A stretch of DNA of 24,112 bases from Candidatus Hermodarchaeota archaeon (GCA_048885535.1 JBHLLO010000042.1:1-24112), one strand, 5' to 3'. Numbered from the stretch's first letter, positions 8,173 to 16,728 are shown. The notes: a model not told the origin generated them from the sequence alone. Numbers and translations: made by a program.

Positions 8173-8754
8173 ATGAATAAATCAAAAAAAATTAGACAAG
8201 CAAATAATTTTGAAATAGATATCATAATTAATTCTCTATCACAAATTTCACCAAAATTCAAATTAAGTGAAAGTCAATTTGATATTTATATATTTTTAAA
8301 CGATAAATCTAAAAATAGGCAGCTGTCAGTTTATATAACCCGACGAAAATTCATTGACTTGGGTAAATTAATGAATTTTACTAATATTCATTCCCTTGGG
8401 CTCTATTTTGGTTTTATAAGGAAAGGTATTTTCTTTCTAAGTTTAGAAGGAGCTGATTATTTATATAAAAGTGATTATATCTCTAAAACAAATTATCTAA
8501 TAGTTAATGAAGAAGGAGAAAAGGCACTCCTTTATGGAAATCATGTAATAAAGAAGATGATAACCTTCTTTTCCATGGAACTAACAACTAATAGTGTGGT
8601 GGTAATATTAAACAAATCAAAAGAATTATTGGCACTAGGAATTATTAAAGTAGAAGGGAATAGAATAAATAGTTCAAAACCAGAAGAAGTAATTGCGATT
8701 AATTTAGTTGACAAAGGTTATTATTTAAGGAAAGAACGTATAATTCTAACCTAA
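8173..8754 (+). CDS. nip7: Nip7-like ribosome biogenesis protein (pre-PUA/PUA domain)
   Basis: 'SLGLYFG', 'FFLSLEG', 'GEKALLYGNHVIK', 'VVILN...LALG', 'NLVDKGYYLR'. ATG 8173 chosen over GTG 8167. Confidence 0.85.
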   Translation: MNKSKKIRQANNFEIDIIINSLSQISPKFKLSESQFDIYIFLNDKSKNRQLSVYITRRKFIDLGKLMNFTNIHSLGLYFGFIRKGIFFLSLEGADYLYKSDYISKTNYLIVNEEGEKALLYGNHVIKKMITFFSMELTTNSVVVILNKSKELLALGIIKVEGNRINSSKPEEVIAINLVDKGYYLRKERIILT

Positions 8755-9711
8755 TCTTTTAATTAAACAAAGAAAAAATCCAATTGTATTATGAAGATGG
8801 GGATAAATTCTTTGGGAGTAGAATAAGTCATCTAGAAGACTTTTACTGTCAAAAGAAGTTAATCCATTTACCCCATAATTCTTGTTAATTTTAACTATTT
8901 GAACTTTAGAATTATTTTTCAAAACCTCATCTATTACTAATTCATTTTCTTCTGGTCCGATTGAACAAGTACTATATAACAGCATCCCACCTGGCTTTAA
9001 AGAATTTAAACCAGAATTTAACAACTTCTTTTGTACTTTTGCCATCTTTTCTATGTCAGATATAGTTTTACTTGTTTTTCTGCTCGGATCTTCTCTAACT
9101 AATCCCTCACCAGTACATGGAGCATCCAATAATATTTTGTCGGCTTTAATATTAAATTCTTGTAAATTTATCGCGTCCCTATTCAAAATGATTGAATTTG
9201 TAACTCCCATTCTACGTAAATTCATTTCCAAAGAAGCAATCCTTTTAATATTTTTTTCAATAAGAATAAGGGTTCCTTGATTGTTCATAATCTGAGCTAA
9301 ATGTGTTGATTTACTTCCTGGAGCAGCACACATATCTATTACTGTTTCATTTGGTTTAGGATCAAGAACTAACGGAGGAAGCATAGATGCTTTATTTTGT
9401 AAATAGTAATAGCCTTGCAAATATTCATGAGTAGAACCAATATTTAATTTAGCTTCTAAAACTTCAAATCCATAAGGTACCCATTCTATAGTTTTCAAGT
9501 TGAAATCTTTCTTTACTAATTTTTCCTTTAATTTTTCAGGAGTGATTTTTAATGTATTACTTCTGATTGTAGGATTCAATGGTTTTTCATTTGCTTCTAG
9601 AAGTTTTAGAGTATCCTCAAATCCTAAAATTTTTATATATCTTTTAATCATATAAGGAAGATACCCATAGCTCTGGGCAAGTTCTTGACTTTTATCTTTA
9701 AGATTGGGTAT
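8746..9711 (-). CDS. RsmB/NOL1/NOP2 family RNA m5C methyltransferase (probable ATA start at 9711; first ATG at 9651)
   Basis: YYLQNKASM, DMCAAPGSKST, ILLDAPCTGEG, LYSTCS..PEENE, YPH...GFF; in-frame upstream 'LAQSYGYLPY-MIKRY' looks like the archaeal N-terminal motif. Confidence 0.95.
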   Translation of the reverse strand: MPNLKDKSQELAQSYGYLPYMIKRYIKILGFEDTLKLLEANEKPLNPTIRSNTLKITPEKLKEKLVKKDFNLKTIEWVPYGFEVLEAKLNIGSTHEYLQGYYYLQNKASMLPPLVLDPKPNETVIDMCAAPGSKSTHLAQIMNNQGTLILIEKNIKRIASLEMNLRRMGVTNSIILNRDAINLQEFNIKADKILLDAPCTGEGLVREDPSRKTSKTISDIEKMAKVQKKLLNSGLNSLKPGGMLLYSTCSIGPEENELVIDEVLKNNSKVQIVKINKNYGVNGLTSFDSKSLLDDLFYSQRIYPHLHNTIGFFLCLIKRLG

Positions 9712-9784
9712 TGACCTATCAACTCAATATATTTCTCTTAATACTTAATAAAAAATAATGAATTATAATTGTTATCGGAGAAAG

Positions 9785-10396
9785 ATGGTGAATAATGTGA
9801 TTGAGGTCGAAATAAAAGTAGCTATTCCTGATCCAGATTTATTGAGAAGGAAAATTAATGTACTAAATGGAAAGTATATTTTGTCGTTAAATCATGAAGA
9901 TACATATTTTAATATGCCAAAAGGATTAAGGAATTTTAAAGAAACTGATGAAGCTCTTCGATTAAGAAAATCCAGTGAATTTAGTAAGATTAATAAAGAT
10001 AATACTTATTTAACAAAGTATTACATCACATACAAAGGAAAGAAAATGGATCAAATAACCAAAACTCGTAAAGAAATTGAAACTGAAATAAAAAATTTTG
10101 ATAATATGAAGAATCTATTGGCACATTTAGGTTTTAGAGAGATATTTATTGTGAAGAAAGAACGAGAGTTATATGAATTTGAGTTTAAAAATAATAAAAT
10201 AGATGTATTAATTGACTTTTTGCCTATTTTAAATCAAAATTTTCTTGAAGCAGAAATTAAAGTAGAAAATGAAAATGAACTTAAATTAACTAAAGAGATA
10301 ATTTTTGATTTTCTAAAACAATTTGGAATAACTGAAAATGACTCTATAAGAGAGTCTTACTTAGAATTAATTGCTAAGAAGCTGCAAATGGAATAG
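9785..10396 (+). CDS. cyaB: CYTH-family class IV adenylate cyclase / triphosphate tunnel metalloenzyme
   Basis: IEVEIK (ExExK), DTYF, EALRLR, TYKG, RKEIE, VKKERELY, FLEAE, SYLEL. Start ATG 9785 (GGAG upstream) or GTG 9797. Confidence 0.92.
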   Translation: MVNNVIEVEIKVAIPDPDLLRRKINVLNGKYILSLNHEDTYFNMPKGLRNFKETDEALRLRKSSEFSKINKDNTYLTKYYITYKGKKMDQITKTRKEIETEIKNFDNMKNLLAHLGFREIFIVKKERELYEFEFKNNKIDVLIDFLPILNQNFLEAEIKVENENELKLTKEIIFDFLKQFGITENDSIRESYLELIAKKLQME

Positions 10397-10444
10397 TGGA
10401 AGAGTAATATTGTATAGGAGTTGAATCTTAGTGAAATATAGATA

Positions 10445-10621
10445 TTAGTTTGATAATAATTTCTTTATTCTTTGTATCTCAATATCTAATTCTTTTAGAA
10501 TTATTTGCAGATGAAAGTTTTCGAAAACAATCTTAGCAGAATCTCTTTGAATTGATTTTTGCTTTTTAGCCATTTTGTCTACAAAATCTAAAAAGACATA
10601 ATAATCTGCATTATTTCCCAT
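10445..10621 (-). CDS. Small helical hypothetical protein (58 aa)
   Basis: Manual translation MGNNADYYVFLDFVDKMAKKQKSIQRDSAKIVFENFHLQIILKELDIEIQRIKKLLSN*; SD-like AGGAGATGA upstream; missed by the ORF track. Confidence 0.7.
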   Translation of the reverse strand: MGNNADYYVFLDFVDKMAKKQKSIQRDSAKIVFENFHLQIILKELDIEIQRIKKLLSN

Positions 10622-10672
10622 TTTTTACATTCATCTCCTACTTTTTTACTTTTTTAATTCATAATTATTTTA

Positions 10673-10886
10673 TGCTAATTAATAGATCATCAATTAGCAA
10701 TAAAAATAATTAGGAGTCCAATTGCTATAGCTCAAAAATTTAAATGGGAAGCATGTACACGATTTATAGGTGTTCAAAGAGGGATTGGGGGAATTTTTTC
10801 CCACATTTTTTCTAATATTAGCTTAAATAAATTAATAGATTTTCTCATCGTTTAATCATTTAATTTGCTAGACATGTTTTAGCAAA
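10673..10886. repeat. Cluster of TGCTA/TAGCA inverted repeats
   Basis: TGCTAATT-N11-AATTAGCA (10673-10699), GCTATAGC (10724-10731), TTTGCTA-N9-TAGCAAA (10864-10886). Confidence 0.5.
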
Positions 10887-10947
10887 CGTTTGAACCTTGA
10901 ATATGTCCAAGAATTAATAATAAAGGAATATGAAACTTAGGAACAAA

Positions 10948-12435
10948 TTAGATAATTATAGTTATCTCATCTATAATTCTTTTCTTCTTTTCATGCTTTA
11001 AATCCGTTTTAATATCTTGTAATTGGATTTTAGTTTGAGAAAATTTATGTCCTCTTTTTAATCTAGTAAAAGTTTTCTTTTTTTCTTCTGAAAATAATTT
11101 AAAATTGAAATTCATAAGATTCTCAGCTTCTTTATTCTTAAATTGCATTAACCACTTAAACTCATCTAAATTCAAGATTATATCATCCAATAAAGTTATC
11201 TTCTTCAATTCTGTGGTAAAGTAAGTGTCTCTTACTTTGAGTGGAATCGGTCTGCCCCACTCTTGGAGTTCATCTATTAACATTAAAAAGAAAGCTAGTG
11301 GGTGGTTATCAAAGACATACTCTTTTAACTGTGCTTTAAAGTTGTGTAATGCTATTGCTTTTGCCACCAAAATGTAACCTGAATATTCATCATTATTCAT
11401 GATTTCTTCAGGTGTTCCTAAACTATTCAATAAAGAAAGAGCCGAAATTACACCATGGTCTAAATTTACCGAATTTGAGAAATTGTATTCAGGATGACCT
11501 TTTTCTGTTTTCAGATAAACTTGAGTATCTTGAGGTATTAAACTTGGATTATCAATTCCAGCTCCAATTCGTATAAGTGATCGAGCTTCCTTCGAGAGCC
11601 CTTCTTCAATTATCTTTAAATAAGTCTCTTGCTTCCCCTTCCATGACAATCCAATTTCAAAAGGTATAAATTCAAGATCAAGAGTAGGATAGCATTTCAG
11701 TAATTGATTTACTAATGAATAATTTATTGCAGTTGTCATTTTTCCTAAAGGGTAGCCAATATCATGAATTAATCCTGTTATCCACCAATACTTATCCTTG
11801 ATTAAATCTTTTTCTAATTCAGTTAAATCTGAAATAACTCCTGCTAAATTGCCATGCCCTAGATCTTGTTCCAGTAAAAAATCACCTAAAACAGCAACTC
11901 GAAGTGCATGTTCTGTGTGATCTCTGTAATATTTTTTAACACTTGTACTATATAAGAACGCTTCTAAATCTGGTAAAGCACGAAGTAAGTAAAGTAATCC
12001 CTCTGAATCAATGCCACGCTCCTTAGACACATCATAGAGAGCAGATGATAAACTTTTTTGTTTACCTGTTAAAAAGTCAAGATCAAAGGCTGTATCTAAC
12101 TCTTTTTTAAGATTTTTTTGAACTGAACTTATAATATTATCTGCTAAATTTGCTCCAAGACCATAAATCTTTTTTTCTAAAAAACCTAAATTTTGCAGAT
12201 CTTTTTCAATTGTGGGTATTTGTTTTCTGGCTTTAGCTAAATTGAGATCAATTTCTTTAAGAGAGGATATGTCTCCATGTTGTTTTAGTTCTTCAAGAGT
12301 TTCAGTTGGAATCTCTTTTACAGCCTTTTCAACAGTATCGAAGAGATTATTCAACCAATCACTAAAACTTGTGCTTTGAGAAGACACACGTTCTAAAATC
12401 CATTTATCATTAATTATGTAATCCTTCAAATGCAA
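10948..12435 (-). CDS. HD-superfamily metal-dependent phosphohydrolase with helical N-terminal extension
   Basis: YRDHTEHALRV, GLIHDIGYP, DHGVISA, AIALHN and LAFFLMLIDELQEWGR motifs. TTG start (12435 or 12429). Confidence 0.85.
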   Translation of the reverse strand: MHLKDYIINDKWILERVSSQSTSFSDWLNNLFDTVEKAVKEIPTETLEELKQHGDISSLKEIDLNLAKARKQIPTIEKDLQNLGFLEKKIYGLGANLADNIISSVQKNLKKELDTAFDLDFLTGKQKSLSSALYDVSKERGIDSEGLLYLLRALPDLEAFLYSTSVKKYYRDHTEHALRVAVLGDFLLEQDLGHGNLAGVISDLTELEKDLIKDKYWWITGLIHDIGYPLGKMTTAINYSLVNQLLKCYPTLDLEFIPFEIGLSWKGKQETYLKIIEEGLSKEARSLIRIGAGIDNPSLIPQDTQVYLKTEKGHPEYNFSNSVNLDHGVISALSLLNSLGTPEEIMNNDEYSGYILVAKAIALHNFKAQLKEYVFDNHPLAFFLMLIDELQEWGRPIPLKVRDTYFTTELKKITLLDDIILNLDEFKWLMQFKNKEAENLMNFNFKLFSEEKKKTFTRLKRGHKFSQTKIQLQDIKTDLKHEKKKRIIDEITIII

Positions 12436-12522
12436 TACCTAAAAATTTTCCAATAAGCAACAATAGTAAGCATTAAATTTTATCTTTTCCATATCACATT
12501 AAAATTCAAGTTTGTGATATTT

Positions 12523-12810
12523 ATGGAAGATTTAAAGAAAAAAGCTTTAACTATATATGAAGCTATATTTGAAGGAAAGAAAAAAGTTATCATAGATGAG
12601 ATAGAATACTCAATTGATAAATTCTCTAGTGGGATTAAATACTTAGATCTTTTTGGTTATCGCTTTATTCAACAAAATTGGAAAAAGAAATCCGAATGGG
12701 GTAAAAAAGCACGTGAAGGTCATAAAATTATGTGGATTATAAAAGGAAGACGTTATATGGCTAGAATTATGGACGGGGAATATACAGATTTATTAAAAAA
12801 GGAAAACTAA
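12523..12810 (+). CDS. Small basic conserved-looking hypothetical protein
   Basis: Motif 'FIQQN..K.SEWGK.AREGHKIMW'; ATG 12523 preceded by GTGA. Confidence 0.75.
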   Translation: MEDLKKKALTIYEAIFEGKKKVIIDEIEYSIDKFSSGIKYLDLFGYRFIQQNWKKKSEWGKKAREGHKIMWIIKGRRYMARIMDGEYTDLLKKEN

Positions 12811-12959
12811 GAAAATCCATTTTACTATTTCTTTAAGTTTATAAAGTTCTAATATATACGATATTTAGTGGAAGGTTTTTCCACAAAAATCAAGTACGCT
12901 ATTACAGAGTATAGAATATTAGTTCTTATTCGAATTCTCAACAATAAAAAGGGAACTTT

Positions 12960-15350
12960 TTGAGACAATTTAAAATTGTTTTTCTTGGAGATTATAAAGT
13001 TGGAAAGACATCTCTAATAGATCGCTTTGTTAATAATGAATTTTCAGATCTTCACTCACCGACTGTTGGTTTTAATATTTTTAAAAAAACTCTTCATCTG
13101 GATAATAATACAGAATTAAATATTGCTTTTTGGGATACAGGGGGATTATTTAGTCAAAAATCTCAAACAAAAGAAAAAATTTTCAGACTTGTTGATGGAA
13201 TAATTATAGTAGTTGATACGACAACAAAGAATAAAAATTTAATAGTAGATAGATGGTACGAATATATTCAAAGAAGTCATGAGAATAATGTCCCTATTTT
13301 CATTGTATATACTAAAACTGATTTAAATGTTGAAGAAGTTCATATAAGAAAACAATCAAATGATTATAGTTTACCGAATTACTCTGTTTCTGCTAGAACT
13401 GGTAAGAATGTTGCTGAAACCTTTACAGAGATAATAAATATTGTTAAAGATCATTATAAAAAATATAGTTCTGAAGGAATTAATATACAAGAGAGTAAAT
13501 ATAAAGGATTCAAATTAGAGTCAAATGAGTTAAAGGCTATAGAAAAATTGGAAAAATTTTTAATTGAAAATTCCAGAAATTATAAATCTCCTTTTAATTA
13601 TTATCTAAATAGACTTGAACAAGAAGGTTTTCCTTTGTTATTTAGATTAGACGAAGATTCTTTTGGAATTACTATTGAAAATGGATATATAACAGGTATT
13701 GGACTCTTTAATTGTAATTTGAAAGCATTACCAAATTTATTTGAGAACTTCAAATCTTTAAAAAGGTTAACTTTAAGATGTAATCCTTTATCTAAGTTAC
13801 CAGATGTAGTGACAAACTTACGTACTATTGAATATTTAGATTTAGCGCTAACTGATTTATCATCTATTCCAGAAAAAATTGGTAATTTGAATAATTTAAT
13901 ACAACTAAATTTAGAAAACAATAAATTAGTTTCATTACCAGATTCTTTGGGGAGTCTTCATTCTTTAGAAACTCTAAATTTAGCAAATAATCCCTTAACA
14001 AGCCTTCCAGTCTCATTATGTTATTTAAAAAATTTAAGTGATTTAAATTTAGAAGCTCCTTCTTTCTTTTTCAAGGGAGACTTAAAGAATTTACCAGATA
14101 ATTTTGGAAACCTTATTTCATTACAGAAATTAGATTTAAGTTCATGTAACTTAACCTTGCTCCCAAAATCTATTGGTAAGTTAGAAGGAATTAGAATATT
14201 AGATCTTTATGATAATAATTTAATTTCACTTCCCAATTCCATTGGAAATTTAAAACTTCTTGAAATTCTAAATTTAGAAGGGAATAAATTACAAGTTTTA
14301 CCCGATTCAGTGGGTCAACTTTTAAATCTTAAAAGGATTAATCTAAAAAATAATCCTCTACAAAAAAAAAGCTCAGATAAGTTTAAAGCGCTTGCTTTAA
14401 AAGCTACCGGTGAAAAGTATCGTCGTTTAATGAAACTTAGTGAAATATGTAAAGTAGAAGAAGATTCAGAAAAAATAATAAAGAAAAAGCCAATAAGAAA
14501 GAAGATAGGCTTCATTAAATCCTTGATCTATGCTAGTTTAATTGCCTTAATAGGTACTATAACATTTCTAAACGTTAATATTGAGAGTGAGACTTCTAAT
14601 TGGGTAATTTGGCTTCTTTTCATTGGTGCTTTAGTTATTAATCTCCTAATTGGAGCATGTATCATAGCTACCTTATCTCGATATTTCAAAATCACAGTAA
14701 GGCTTTTTAAATTACGAATTTATAAATATTTTGATATCTTTGTTATCATCTACCTAATTTGGTCTATTAGAGCAGCGATTAAGATTCTGTTATCAATTGA
14801 ACTTATTCCTGCCATTAATTTTGTATTTGAATTTCCAATACCAAAATCATTTTTGAATTTATTAGTAAATGTTGGCTACAATCTTGATTTGACTTTCTTA
14901 GAAAATTTAGATCTCTTTTTTGGGCATTTTTATTTAAAAATTTTTAGTAGCGCACTTGTATTTTGGGCGTTATATCGAAATGGATTTAAACATATTAGAA
15001 AAACTGCATTCGAAGAAAAAGAGAGAAAAAATATTTGGGTTTTTCTTGTTATTGGTTTATTTGGAGCTATTACACTAGCAGTAATGAACTATAGTAATCT
15101 AAAACCTTATTTAAGTATAGGATATGATATAGGAGTGATCTTTGGAGGTTGGCTATTTATCTGGGAAAAGAATCTACCTAAGAAATCATTCTTTTTATCT
15201 TATCTTTTATTAATTTTTACTGGAATTACTCTAATATGGGTAATATCGTTATGGAACATGATTTTATCAGGGATCTCGAGCATTATTTTTATTGTTCTTT
15301 ATTTTATTATTAGAAGAATGCAAAACAAGAAATTATCTCTATATATTTAA
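12960..15350 (+). CDS. Fusion protein: Rab-like small GTPase + 9 leucine-rich repeats + ~8-TM membrane domain
   Basis: G1 GDYKVGKT, G2 PTVG, G3 WDTGG, G4 TKTD, G5 SAR; 23-aa LRRs; about eight hydrophobic segments in the last ~280 aa. Confidence 0.92.
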   Translation: MRQFKIVFLGDYKVGKTSLIDRFVNNEFSDLHSPTVGFNIFKKTLHLDNNTELNIAFWDTGGLFSQKSQTKEKIFRLVDGIIIVVDTTTKNKNLIVDRWYEYIQRSHENNVPIFIVYTKTDLNVEEVHIRKQSNDYSLPNYSVSARTGKNVAETFTEIINIVKDHYKKYSSEGINIQESKYKGFKLESNELKAIEKLEKFLIENSRNYKSPFNYYLNRLEQEGFPLLFRLDEDSFGITIENGYITGIGLFNCNLKALPNLFENFKSLKRLTLRCNPLSKLPDVVTNLRTIEYLDLALTDLSSIPEKIGNLNNLIQLNLENNKLVSLPDSLGSLHSLETLNLANNPLTSLPVSLCYLKNLSDLNLEAPSFFFKGDLKNLPDNFGNLISLQKLDLSSCNLTLLPKSIGKLEGIRILDLYDNNLISLPNSIGNLKLLEILNLEGNKLQVLPDSVGQLLNLKRINLKNNPLQKKSSDKFKALALKATGEKYRRLMKLSEICKVEEDSEKIIKKKPIRKKIGFIKSLIYASLIALIGTITFLNVNIESETSNWVIWLLFIGALVINLLIGACIIATLSRYFKITVRLFKLRIYKYFDIFVIIYLIWSIRAAIKILLSIELIPAINFVFEFPIPKSFLNLLVNVGYNLDLTFLENLDLFFGHFYLKIFSSALVFWALYRNGFKHIRKTAFEEKERKNIWVFLVIGLFGAITLAVMNYSNLKPYLSIGYDIGVIFGGWLFIWEKNLPKKSFFLSYLLLIFTGITLIWVISLWNMILSGISSIIFIVLYFIIRRMQNKKLSLYI
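13719..14357 (+). repeat. Nine tandem LRRs (8 x 23 aa plus one 29-aa unit)
   Basis: Consensus LxxLPxxIGxLxxLxxLxLxxNx read directly from the translation. Confidence 0.9.
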
Positions 15351-15362
15351 TTAGAAAAACAA

Positions 15363-16709
15363 TTACAACTTCATTGATTTCAATGATTTGATTGATTCAG
15401 GTATATGTTCAATAATATTCCCAGTAAGATCTAAGACTTTAAGATTTCTTAGTTTAATTAGATCTTCCGGAATACTATCAAGCTTTCCTTCATCTTGTTT
15501 AAAATATAAATATTCCACATTTTCTAAAGTACCAATAGAAGCAGGAATTTCCTTGATTGGATTAAAATTCAAATTTAATATCTTTAAATTGGTTAATTCT
15601 CTAATGCAATCAGGAATTATTTTTATATTTTGATTCACCATGCATAATTCTACTAAAAATTTTAATTTACATATTTCCTTAGGAAAAACACCAATACGTG
15701 AGAGTTCTGAGGATAAATATAAGGTGATTATATTACCATTTTCATTTGTTTTATAATAAAATAATAATGAATGAGAAGAAGTGTTCTCGATTTCTAACTT
15801 TATGAAGGCTTGGCCGGTAAGAATTTCTAATAAGCCTAATATAGGCGCTTCTTCAATCTTTACTCCATTTTTAATATATTTCTTAATATAATAATCTTTT
15901 GAGGCTATGCTTAAAACCCAACTTGGAATTACTTCAATTTGATTATTTTTTAAGATCAAATATTTAAGATTGGAGAGGTGACCATACTTATCTGGCAAAA
16001 ATCCGATATTACTACTCCTAATCTCTAAGGATTCTAGTTTTGAGAGATACTGAAGGGATTTAGGAATGCTTTCAAGATTATTTAAAACTAATCCAGTAAT
16101 ATATTTTTTTTTAATCGATTTAATTCTTCCTAAACCTTTAAATCCTATTTCAGTATTCTCCTTGAATAATTTTTTTCTTTCCACTTCTTCAATTTTAAAC
16201 TTAGATAAAAAAACTCTGAAATCCTTTAAGAATCTTTCATATTCAATGTAGTCTAAGTCTAAAATGAACTTAGAATCATGTTTGTTTAAATTATAAATCT
16301 TTTCTAATTTTTCCAAAATTTTCTCATGAAATTGAAGTGTATTTGGGTTTTGAGATTGTGCAGTGAAATCTAATATTTTTTTAAAAAACAAAATCGATTT
16401 TTCATTCTCAATTGACCAATTTAAAGCAGTTTCTGTCTGATCAAGATTATTTTTAAGGGCAATTTTTGTAGCATTAACCCTCACTAAGGGTGACTCATCA
16501 GTAATAATGCTTTTTTCTATGAGTTTTGAAGCTTTCTCATTGAATATAGATAATTTCTCAATTAGATAAATCGCATTAGCTCTAAGTTCTTCATCATCAC
16601 TTTCATTTAAAAGTGATTCAATAATCTTTAAAGTCTCAGATTTATTGATTTTATTCGAAATGAAATCTTCATAAATTTTATCAAGACTAAAATTATTATC
16701 CATGTTCAA
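15363..16709 (-). CDS. HEAT-like repeat + leucine-rich repeat protein (two LRR blocks)
   Basis: 'ESDDEELRANAIYLI' and 'DESPLVRVNATKI' HEAT-like units; LRR blocks 'IPKSLQYLSKLESL...LKNNQI' and 'FPKEICKLKFL...LTGNII'. Start TTG 16709 or ATG 16703. Confidence 0.88.
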   Translation of the reverse strand: MNMDNNFSLDKIYEDFISNKINKSETLKIIESLLNESDDEELRANAIYLIEKLSIFNEKASKLIEKSIITDESPLVRVNATKIALKNNLDQTETALNWSIENEKSILFFKKILDFTAQSQNPNTLQFHEKILEKLEKIYNLNKHDSKFILDLDYIEYERFLKDFRVFLSKFKIEEVERKKLFKENTEIGFKGLGRIKSIKKKYITGLVLNNLESIPKSLQYLSKLESLEIRSSNIGFLPDKYGHLSNLKYLILKNNQIEVIPSWVLSIASKDYYIKKYIKNGVKIEEAPILGLLEILTGQAFIKLEIENTSSHSLLFYYKTNENGNIITLYLSSELSRIGVFPKEICKLKFLVELCMVNQNIKIIPDCIRELTNLKILNLNFNPIKEIPASIGTLENVEYLYFKQDEGKLDSIPEDLIKLRNLKVLDLTGNIIEHIPESIKSLKSMKL

Positions 16710-16728
16710 AAAGTAATAGATTTTTTAT

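Noticed and set aside
10445-10621. N-myristoylation signal (MGNNAD) on the 58-aa protein
   Set aside because: Lacks Ser/Thr at position 6, and N-myristoyltransferase is not established in archaea.
13719-14357. 69-nt periodicity as CRISPR or DNA tandem repeat
   Set aside because: Periodicity is protein-level LRR with degenerate codons; no identical repeats or cas genes.
12960-15350. Roco/LRRK-family assignment
   Set aside because: GTPase precedes the LRRs and no COR domain is evident.
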